Assembly (NCBI RefSeq): GCF_016026235.1
Contig: NZ_CP065613.1
Direction: 5' to 3' (one strand)
From: Escherichia coli
Lineage (GTDB): Bacteria > Pseudomonadota > Gammaproteobacteria > Enterobacterales > Enterobacteriaceae
DNA length: 64,000 nt
Positions 53,779 through 64,000 of this stretch are shown in pieces. The position numbers were made by a program, and so were the translations under genes. How positions within the stretch are numbered: position 1 is the first letter of the stretch; each line of letters begins with the position of its first letter. Under the pieces are notes generated by a model. That model saw nothing but the letters and a program-made list of their open reading frames with translations, did no database searches and was not told where the DNA came from.

Positions 53779-54057
53779 TTAATGGCCTGTTGAGCCATCA
53801 GGAACGCAGTTCACCCCCGGTTTGCGATCTGGTGTGTAAAGGCGAAAACATTCTGTCTTCCTGTCCGTCGATATCGGTTGCAGGTCTGGTTGCCTGAGCG
53901 ACTGGGCCATCATTGGGCTGGAGACATTGCTTTGCGGTAGGTCGGCTTTATCAGCAGTACCGAGCGGACCAGCATAAGCAGGAAGAACAGAGACTGATAA
54001 CATCAAAGCAGCAAAATAAGGCTTCATTTTTACCACCTTTATCAGGTTACGTTTCAT
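53779..54057 (-). CDS. yjbT: small putative periplasmic protein (92 aa), probably YjbT
   Basis: MKRNLIKVVKMKPYFAALMLSVSVLPAYAGPLG... signal peptide; position between yjbH and psiE. Confidence 0.55.
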   Translation of the reverse strand: MKRNLIKVVKMKPYFAALMLSVSVLPAYAGPLGTADKADLPQSNVSSPMMAQSLRQPDLQPISTDRKTECFRLYTPDRKPGVNCVPDGSTGH

Positions 54058-54158
54058 TTGTTCCAGAGGAACATTGTCGATTTTTCGCGCATTGCTGATG
54101 GTTGGGAATCACCTGAATGGGTGATTTTTGAATTACCGGCTTGGGTGCGGTTTGTCTT

Positions 54159-54196
54159 GCCGGATGCGCCGCCAGGCGCGGCTTATCCGGCCTACG
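54159..54196. repeat. REP element
   Basis: GCCGGATGCGCCGCCAGGCGCGGCTTATCCGGCCTACG. Confidence 0.75.
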
Positions 54197-54326
54197 GGTA
54201 GGTATATCCGGCTTTGGTGGAGGCGCGCTCCAAATCCAGGTTGAACAAAACATACACAAAAAATATAGATCTCCGTCACATTTTTGCGTTATACAGGAAG
54301 CTCGCCACTGTGAAGGAGGTACTGCT

Positions 54327-54737
54327 ATGACGTCACTCTCTCGTCCGCGCGTGGAGTTTATCTCCACCATTTTGCAGACCGTACTCAATCTTGGCCTGCT
54401 GTGCCTCGGCCTTATTTTGGTTGTCTTCCTCGGCAAAGAAACGGTGCATCTGGCTGATGTGCTGTTCGCGCCAGAACAAACCAGCAAATATGAGCTGGTA
54501 GAAGGACTGGTGGTTTACTTTCTCTATTTCGAATTTATCGCGCTGATTGTGAAGTACTTTCAGTCCGGTTTTCACTTCCCGCTACGTTACTTTGTCTATA
54601 TTGGGATCACCGCCATTGTGCGCTTGATCATCGTCGATCATAAATCGCCACTGGATGTGTTGATCTACTCGGCTGCGATCCTGTTACTGGTGATCACCCT
54701 GTGGCTGTGTAATTCGAAACGGCTGAAGCGGGAGTAA
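54327..54737 (+). CDS. psiE: phosphate-starvation-inducible membrane protein PsiE (136 aa)
   Basis: [47 protein letters not shown]... Confidence 0.93.
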
Positions 54738-54742
54738 AAAGA

Positions 54743-54770
54743 CAGCACGCCGAATTGGCGCGGCGTGCTG
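54743..54770. terminator. stem-loop between the convergent psiE and xylE; reads as a terminator for xylE
   Basis: 10-bp stem CAGCACGCCG/CGGCGTGCTG; on the minus strand it is followed by TCTTTTTA. Confidence 0.6.
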
Positions 54771-54780
54771 GACAGGAAGA

Positions 54781-56256
54781 TTACAGCGTAGCAGTTTGTT
54801 GTGTTTTCTTCGTTTCCGGTTCCCAGAGGGCTTCCAGCTCCTCAAGGGTTTTACCTTTGGTTTCCGGGACAAATTTCCACATAAATAGTGCTGCCAGAAC
54901 GCCCATACACCCGTAAATCCAGTAGGAGAAACCGTTGTGGAAATGGGTCACCAGCCAGGAGTTTTTGTCCATCATCGGGAAGGTCCAGGAGACGAAGTAG
55001 TTCGCCAGCCACTGGGCCGCCACCGCGATTGCCAGCGCTTTACCACGAATGGCATTCGGGAAGATTTCCGACAGCAGTACCCAGCATACCGGACCCCAGG
55101 ACATGGCAAAGGCGGCAACATAGAACAGCATCGACAGTAGCGCCACAATACCCGGTGCCTGAGTGTAAAACGCGGTACCGAGGCTAAACATACCGATTGC
55201 CATTCCGAGCGCGCCGATAATTTGCAGTGGCTTACGACCAAATTTATCCACCGTCATAATTGCCAGAACGGTGAAGGTGAGGTTGATAACTCCGACAATA
55301 ATGGTCTGCAACAGCGCGATATCCGTGCTGGCCCCCAGCGTTTTGAACACTTCCGGCGCGTAGTACAACACCACATTGATGCCGACAAATTGCTGGAAGA
55401 TGGAGAGCATAACGCCGATTACAATCACGCCCACGCCAAACATCAGCAGACGACCACCGGTTTTGCGGCCATGATCCAGGGAGTGTTTAATTTCCTGTAC
55501 TGCCTGAGTTGCAAGCGTGTTGCCCATAATTTTGCGCAGGATACTTTCCGCCTGTTCTTGCTTGCCGCGTGACATCAGCCAGCGAGGACTTTCTGGCACG
55601 GTATACAGCAGCATTAAGAACAGCAGTGCAGGGATACATTCCGAGGCAAACATATAACGCCAGCCGTCAGTATTCAGCCAGCTGGCATCACCGGAACGGG
55701 CAATAAAATAGTTCACGCAGTAAACTAAAAGTTGCCCGAAAATAATCGCAAACTGGTTAAAAGAGACCAGTTTCCCGCGAATATGAGCAGGAGCAAGTTC
55801 CGCAATATACATTGGTGAAAGCATTGAGGCTAAACCAACGCCAATACCGCCAATAATGCGATAAATAACAAATTCCGGGACATAACCTGCCAGATAAACA
55901 GGCACTGTGTTGTCCGGGTTTATAGAGGTAAAACCAAGTTCTGGCCAGGCAGAACCTACACCAGAAATAAAAAACAGGACAGCAGCAATCTTAAGTGAAT
56001 CACGACGACCGAAGCGGTTACTGCAATAACCACCGAGGGCACCGCCGATGATGCAACCAATCAGAGCGCTGGCTACGCAAAACCCTAACAGGGAGTTGGC
56101 AGCGGATTCACTTAAGTTTTGTGGAGCAACAAAGACGGTATTGAGTGACTCAACAGTACCGGAAATAACGGCGGTGTCGTAGCCAAATAATAAACCACCT
56201 AATGTAGCGACTAAGGTAATCGAAAATATATAACTGGAATTATACTGGGTATTCAT
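54781..56256 (-). CDS. xylE: D-xylose:H+ symporter (MFS, 491 aa)
   Basis: MNTQYNSSYIFSITLVATLGGLLFGYDTAVISGTVESL... Confidence 0.95.
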   Translation of the reverse strand: MNTQYNSSYIFSITLVATLGGLLFGYDTAVISGTVESLNTVFVAPQNLSESAANSLLGFCVASALIGCIIGGALGGYCSNRFGRRDSLKIAAVLFFISGVGSAWPELGFTSINPDNTVPVYLAGYVPEFVIYRIIGGIGVGLASMLSPMYIAELAPAHIRGKLVSFNQFAIIFGQLLVYCVNYFIARSGDASWLNTDGWRYMFASECIPALLFLMLLYTVPESPRWLMSRGKQEQAESILRKIMGNTLATQAVQEIKHSLDHGRKTGGRLLMFGVGVIVIGVMLSIFQQFVGINVVLYYAPEVFKTLGASTDIALLQTIIVGVINLTFTVLAIMTVDKFGRKPLQIIGALGMAIGMFSLGTAFYTQAPGIVALLSMLFYVAAFAMSWGPVCWVLLSEIFPNAIRGKALAIAVAAQWLANYFVSWTFPMMDKNSWLVTHFHNGFSYWIYGCMGVLAALFMWKFVPETKGKTLEELEALWEPETKKTQQTATL

Positions 56257-56532
56257 TCAGACCTGCCTTAGACCATTCTGATCTTTTATCAGTGCATTGA
56301 TGTTGGAATTGTCAGGCAGTTAAGGCAATTATCATTTTTTACAATGCGTTTACGTAATGTCTTTTCTGTGATCTTAATTGTGATAATTATCCAAAATTGA
56401 TAAAAACAATACTATTGCCGTGACTCAGAGCACGAAAGAGAATTATCGTAAGTGGGAAAACAAATAACGTAAAAATAATAAGTTCTATGATGGAAATATT
56501 AACCGGCGAACGATTCAGATTGCAGACGAAAG

Positions 56533-56557
56533 AAAAAAAGGCGCTCCGTGGAGCGCC
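56533..56557 (-). terminator. rho-independent terminator of the malEFG operon
   Basis: Minus strand GGCGCTCCacGGAGCGCC followed by TTTTTTT. Confidence 0.8.
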
Positions 56558-56627
56558 GAATAACAGTCACAAGTTGGGATAACGTAAGTTGAGGGTGCAG
56601 CGGCATAACATTGGCAGAACAACATCT

Positions 56628-57518
56628 TTAACCTTTCACACCACCTGCCGTCAGGCCGTTGACCAGCCAGCGTTGAGCCAGCAAGAAGACGATGGTGATC
56701 GGTAATGCAGACATCACGGCAGCGGCGGCAAAGTCACCCCACAGGTAGTTTTGCGGGTTGAGGTATTGCTGCATCCCCACGGCCAGGGTGTAGCTGTTTA
56801 CGTCACGCAGTAACAGCGATGCGACCGGAACTTCAGTAATGGCAGCGATAAACGACAGGATGAACACCACCGCCAGAATCGGTACTGACAGCGGCAACAG
56901 GACAAGGCGGAAGGCCTGCCACGGTGTCGCACCATCCAGCGCCGCCGCTTCTTCCAGCGAACTGTCGATGGTTTCGAAATAGCCTTTGATGGTCCAGACA
57001 TGCAGCGCAATCCCACCCAGATACGCGAAAATTACGCCGCCGTGAGTATTCAGGCCAATGAATGGAATGTACTCACCCAGACGATCAAACAACGCATACA
57101 ACGCGACCAGTGAAAGTACTGCTGGGAACATCTGGAAAATCAGCATTCCTTTCAGCAGCGTCGCTTTGCCTGGAAAGCGCATACGGGCGAAAGCGTAGGC
57201 GCAGGTGGTAGAGAGCGCCACAATGCCAATCGCGGAAATCCCGGCGACCTTTACCGAGTTCCATAGCCACAGCAGTACCGGGAATGGCGGTGGCGTAATG
57301 CGACCATCAGCCTGTTCCACGCTAAAACCTAACGCCAGTTTCCAGTGATCCCAGGAGATTTGCTCCGGGATCAGGCTGCCGGTCGCAAAGTTCCCCTGGC
57401 GCAGTGAGATAGCGACGACCATCAGCAGCGGGAACATAATCGCCGCGATAAAAAGTAGCAGTAGCAGGTGAGTAATAAACAAACGTGCTTTTTGCGATTT
57501 CGGTTGGACCATTGCCAT
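56628..57518 (-). CDS. malG: maltose ABC transporter permease MalG (296 aa)
   Basis: [39 protein letters not shown]... Confidence 0.95.
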
Positions 57519-57532
57519 TTTTGTTATCTCCC

Positions 57533-59077
57533 TTAATCAAACTTCATTCGCGTGGCTTTCAGGTTCACTATCGCCAGCGCACCCACCAGCAGGAAGATCA
57601 GCGTGGCAATTGCTGCAGCCAGACCGAAGTCCTGACCCCCGCCGCCTTCAAAAGCGATACGGTAGGTGTAGTTAACAAGCAGGTCGGTATAACCGGCTGG
57701 CGTGGTCGTGCCAAGACGATCCGGGCCGCCGTTGGTTAACAGCTGAATCAGCACGAAGTTGTTAAAGTTAAAGGCGAAGCTGGCGATCATCAGCGGCGTC
57801 AGCGGTTTAATCAGCAGCGGCAGCGTAATCTTAAAGAAGTTCTGGAACGGACCTGCGCCATCCATTGCTGAGGCTTCATACAAATCGTCCGGAATCGCTT
57901 TCAGCAAGCCCATGCAGAGGATCATCATGTACGGATAACCCAGCCAGGTATTGACGATAATTAGCATCGTGCGGGCGGTGGTCGGATCGCTGAACCAGGC
58001 GGGCTTCACGCCAAACAGCGCGCTCAACATCATGTTGATTTCACCGAAGCTCTGGTTAAACAACCCTTTGAAAATCAAGATTGAAATGAATGATGGCACC
58101 GCGTAGGGCAGAATCAGCAGAACGCGATAGACCGCTTTGCCGCGCAATGCTTCCCACTGCACCAGACATGCCAGAACCATGCCGACCGCCACCGTTAAAA
58201 AGACAGTGATCAGCGAGAACACCACGGTCCAGACGAAAATGGCGAGGAACGGTTTCTGAATGCCTTCGTCGGTAAAGACGCGGGTAAAGTTTTTCCAGCC
58301 GGTGGTCACGGTGTAACCGGGGCTTAGCTTTTCATCACCCCAGTTGCCGTCGGCGGTAATGGACTGGTAAAAGCCAATTTGGTTATTCGGACGATATTTC
58401 ACGCCGCTCTGATTATTCGTCAACGTGCCGTCACCGTCGAGTGTGTAGAGCGGCTGCGTGCCAGAAAACTGGCGCAGGGAGCTCATCATCACTTTGTTGC
58501 CATCCGGCAGAATGGCGGTAATGTCACTCAGCGCCTGACGATTCTGGGTAATCACGCGTAGATTTGCGCGTTCGCCTTCGGGCTGGGCGGTCGTTTCTTT
58601 CAGTTGCAGTTTTTGCTCGCCGCCAAATTTAAAAGCGTTGGAGAGGTAATTTTTGCCGGTTTCGCCGTCGCTGAGGGCTAGTTGCCACTCATCGCCCGCC
58701 GGGTAAAGACCAAAATTATAGGTTTTGCCTGCTTGCCAGGAGCGATCTAGCAACACTTCCTGCGCACGTTCAAAAGTCAGCTGGTTAGTGCTGCTGTAGT
58801 TGGTGAAGGCAATGGCGATGGTGCAGACCAGAGGGAAGAGGACGAATAATCCCATTCCAGCCATTCCCGGGTAAACATAGCGCCAGGCGTAGGCTTTACG
58901 ATTGGCGAAAATATACAGCCCCGCTGAACTCAATATCAGCGTGGTAATGGCGAACAGGTATTCCCCTTGTGCGTACATTAAAACAACAAGGTAACCCACC
59001 AGCAGGCCGAGCAGACCTAACACTGACCATTTCAGCGCGTCGCTTTGCCACCAATGTTTCTTTTTAATGACATCCAT
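57533..59077 (-). CDS. malF: maltose ABC transporter permease MalF (514 aa)
   Basis: [40 protein letters not shown]...; ATG 59077. Confidence 0.95.
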   Translation of the reverse strand: MDVIKKKHWWQSDALKWSVLGLLGLLVGYLVVLMYAQGEYLFAITTLILSSAGLYIFANRKAYAWRYVYPGMAGMGLFVLFPLVCTIAIAFTNYSSTNQLTFERAQEVLLDRSWQAGKTYNFGLYPAGDEWQLALSDGETGKNYLSNAFKFGGEQKLQLKETTAQPEGERANLRVITQNRQALSDITAILPDGNKVMMSSLRQFSGTQPLYTLDGDGTLTNNQSGVKYRPNNQIGFYQSITADGNWGDEKLSPGYTVTTGWKNFTRVFTDEGIQKPFLAIFVWTVVFSLITVFLTVAVGMVLACLVQWEALRGKAVYRVLLILPYAVPSFISILIFKGLFNQSFGEINMMLSALFGVKPAWFSDPTTARTMLIIVNTWLGYPYMMILCMGLLKAIPDDLYEASAMDGAGPFQNFFKITLPLLIKPLTPLMIASFAFNFNNFVLIQLLTNGGPDRLGTTTPAGYTDLLVNYTYRIAFEGGGGQDFGLAAAIATLIFLLVGALAIVNLKATRMKFD

Positions 59078-59096
59078 GGGGTTCTTCCTCATTCCA

Positions 59097-59220
59097 GGAC
59101 GGATAAGGCTTTCACGCCTTATCCGACAACAACTGCCTGATGCGACGCTGACGCGTCTTATCAGGCCTACATACGTTTCGGTTTTGTAGGCCGGACAAGG
59201 CGTTCACGCCGCATCCGGCA
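59097..59220. repeat. REP/BIME cluster in the malE-malF intergenic region
   Basis: GGATAAGGCTTTCACGCCTTATCC ... GCCTGATGCGACGCTGACGCGTCTTATCAGGCCTAC ... GTAGGCCGGACAAGGCGTTCACGCCGCATCCGGC. Confidence 0.9.
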
Positions 59221-59230
59221 TTTCACAGCA

Positions 59231-60424
<1,194 letters not shown>

Positions 60425-60489
60425 CTATGGTCCTTGTTGGTGAAGTGCTCGTGAAAACACCTAAACGGACTCTAGTTTCTTTATACGGC

Positions 60490-60710
60490 AACCTCTTTCC
60501 ATCCTCCTTGCCCCTACGCCCCACCGTTGCTTTGTGTGATCTCTGTTACAGAATTGGCAGTAATGTGGAGATGCGCACATAAAATCGCCACGATTTTTGC
60601 AAGCAACATCACGAAATTCCTTACATGACCTCGGTTTAGTTCACAGAAGCCGCGTTCTCATCCTCCCGCCTCCTCCCCCATAAAAAAGCCAGGGGGTGGA
60701 GGATTTAAGC
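60490..60710. promoter_or_regulatory. divergent malEp/malKp control region with MalT boxes and CRP site
   Basis: GGAGGATGGAA (rev, ~60497-60507) and GGGGGTGGAGGAT (~60692-60704) MalT-box-like motifs; CRP-like TGTGATCTCTGTTACA at 60535-60550. Confidence 0.7.
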
Positions 60711-60785
60711 CATCTCCTGATGACGCATAGTCAGCCCATCATGAATGTTGCTGTCGATGACAGGTTGTTACAAAGGGAGAAGGGC

Positions 60786-61901
60786 ATGGCGAGCGTACAG
60801 CTGCAAAATGTAACGAAAGCCTGGGGCGAGGTCGTGGTATCGAAAGATATCAATCTCGATATCCATGAAGGTGAATTCGTGGTGTTTGTCGGACCGTCTG
60901 GCTGCGGTAAATCGACTTTACTGCGCATGATTGCCGGGCTTGAGACGATCACCAGCGGCGACTTGTTCATCGGTGAGAAACGGATGAATGACACTCCGCC
61001 AGCAGAACGCGGCGTTGGTATGGTGTTTCAGTCTTACGCGCTCTATCCCCACCTGTCAGTAGCAGAAAACATGTCATTTGGCCTGAAACTGGCTGGCGCA
61101 AAAAAAGAGGTGATTAACCAACGCGTCAACCAGGTGGCGGAAGTGCTGCAACTGGCGCATTTGCTGGATCGCAAACCGAAAGCGCTCTCCGGTGGTCAGC
61201 GTCAGCGCGTGGCGATTGGCCGTACGCTGGTGGCCGAGCCAAGCGTATTTTTGCTCGATGAACCGCTCTCCAACCTCGATGCTGCACTGCGTGTGCAAAT
61301 GCGTATCGAAATCTCCCGTCTGCATAAACGCCTGGGCCGCACAATGATTTACGTCACCCACGATCAGGTCGAAGCGATGACGCTGGCCGACAAAATCGTG
61401 GTACTGGACGCCGGTCGCGTGGCGCAGGTTGGGAAACCGCTGGAGCTGTACCACTATCCGGCAGACCGTTTTGTCGCCGGATTTATCGGTTCGCCAAAGA
61501 TGAACTTCCTGCCGGTAAAAGTGACCGCCACCGCAATCGATCAAGTGCAGGTGGAGCTGCCGATGCCAAATCGTCAGCAAGTCTGGCTGCCAGTTGAAAG
61601 CCGTGATGTCCAGGTTGGAGCCAATATGTCGCTGGGTATTCGCCCGGAACATCTACTGCCGAGTGATATCGCTGACGTCATCCTTGAGGGTGAAGTTCAG
61701 GTCGTCGAGCAACTCGGCAACGAAACCCAAATCCATATCCAGATCCCTTCCATTCGTCAAAACCTGGTGTACCGCCAGAACGACGTGGTGTTGGTAGAAG
61801 AAGGTGCCACATTCGCTATCGGCCTGCCGCCAGAGCGTTGCCATCTGTTCCGTGAGGATGGCACTGCATGTCGTCGACTGCATCAGGAGCCGGGCGTTTA
61901 A
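60786..61901 (+). CDS. malK: maltose ABC transporter ATPase MalK (371 aa)
   Basis: [51 protein letters not shown]... Walker A/B and LSGGQ. Confidence 0.95.
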   Translation: MASVQLQNVTKAWGEVVVSKDINLDIHEGEFVVFVGPSGCGKSTLLRMIAGLETITSGDLFIGEKRMNDTPPAERGVGMVFQSYALYPHLSVAENMSFGLKLAGAKKEVINQRVNQVAEVLQLAHLLDRKPKALSGGQRQRVAIGRTLVAEPSVFLLDEPLSNLDAALRVQMRIEISRLHKRLGRTMIYVTHDQVEAMTLADKIVVLDAGRVAQVGKPLELYHYPADRFVAGFIGSPKMNFLPVKVTATAIDQVQVELPMPNRQQVWLPVESRDVQVGANMSLGIRPEHLLPSDIADVILEGEVQVVEQLGNETQIHIQIPSIRQNLVYRQNDVVLVEEGATFAIGLPPERCHLFREDGTACRRLHQEPGV

Positions 61902-61942
61902 GCACCCTACAAAACACACAAAGCCTGTCACAGGTGATGTGA

Positions 61943-63313
<1,371 letters not shown>

Positions 63314-63324
63314 TAGCAAAACCT

Positions 63325-63356
63325 GGGCCGGATAAGGTGCTTGCGCCGCATCCGGC
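63325..63356. repeat. REP element after lamB
   Basis: GGGCCGGATAAGGTGCTTGCGCCGCATCCGGC. Confidence 0.85.
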
Positions 63357-63401
63357 ATAAAACAGGTTGTCATTATCTGAAAGGGGCGAAAGCCCCTCTG
63401 A

Positions 63402-64000
63402 TTATCGGGTTTAGCGCGCTATTGCCTGGCTACCGCGCCTGGAATCAGTCTTGCCGATGTTAACTACGTACCGCAAAACACCAGCGACGCGCCAGCCATT
63501 CCATCTGCTGCGCTGCAACAACTCACCTGGACACCGGTCGATCAATCTAAAACCCAGACCACCCAACTGGCGACCGGCGGCCAACAACTGAACGTTCCCG
63601 GCATCAGTGGTCCGGTTGCTGCGTACAGCGTCCCGGCAAACATTGGCGAACTGACCCTGACGCTGACCAGCGAAGTGAACAAACAAACCAGCGTTTTTGC
63701 GCCGAACGTGCTGATTCTTGATCAGAACATGATCCCATCAGCCTTCTTCCCCAGCAGTTATTTCACCTACCAGGAACCAGGCGTGATGAGTGCAGATCGG
63801 CTGGAAGGCGTTATGCGCCTGACACCGGCGTTGGGGCAGCAAAAACTTTATGTTCTGGTCTTTACCACGGAAAAAGATCTCCAGCAGACGACCCAACTGC
63901 TCGACCCGGCTAAAGCCTATGCCAAGGGCGTCGGTAACTCGATCCCGGATATCCCCGATCCGGTTGCTCGTCATACCACCGATGGCTTACTGAAACTGAA
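63402..64000 (+). CDS. malM: maltose-operon periplasmic protein MalM, partial at the window end and lacking a recognisable start codon and signal peptide
   Basis: Frame from 63402 reads LSGLARYCLATAPGISLADVNYVPQNTSDAPAIPSAALQQLTWTPVDQSKTQ...; in-frame TGA at 63399; no ATG/GTG/TTG before the mature sequence. Confidence 0.8.

Overview
This window is an Escherichia coli chromosomal segment syntenic with K-12 from the thi operon to the malB locus (thiH'-thiGSFEC, rsd, nudC, hemE, nfi, yjaG, hupA, yjaH, zraP/zraSR, purDH, the rrnE-type rRNA operon, yjaB, metA, aceBAK, arpA, iclR, metH, yjbB, pepE, [sor island], rluF, yjbD, lysC, pgi, yjbEFGH, yjbT, psiE, xylE, malGFE, malK-lamB-malM'). All calls rest on reading the supplied ORF translations and the sequence itself against remembered E. 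coli and Klebsiella proteins and motifs; no database search was run. I found no exciting undescribed system: there is no IS element, prophage, integrase, CRISPR array or recognisable defence or toxin-antitoxin module. The only accessory block is a ~6 kb L-sorbose PTS operon (sorCDFBAME) inserted between pepE and rluF, which K-12 lacks but is a known variable locus. The observations most worth a second look are strain-specific lesions: the malE initiator codon reads ATA instead of ATG, malM has no start codon or signal-peptide coding region, arpA is broken by an in-frame TGA plus a frameshift in a T7 homopolymer, and yjaA is absent between the 5S rRNA and yjaB. Any of these could also be a base-call or assembly error and should be checked against reads.
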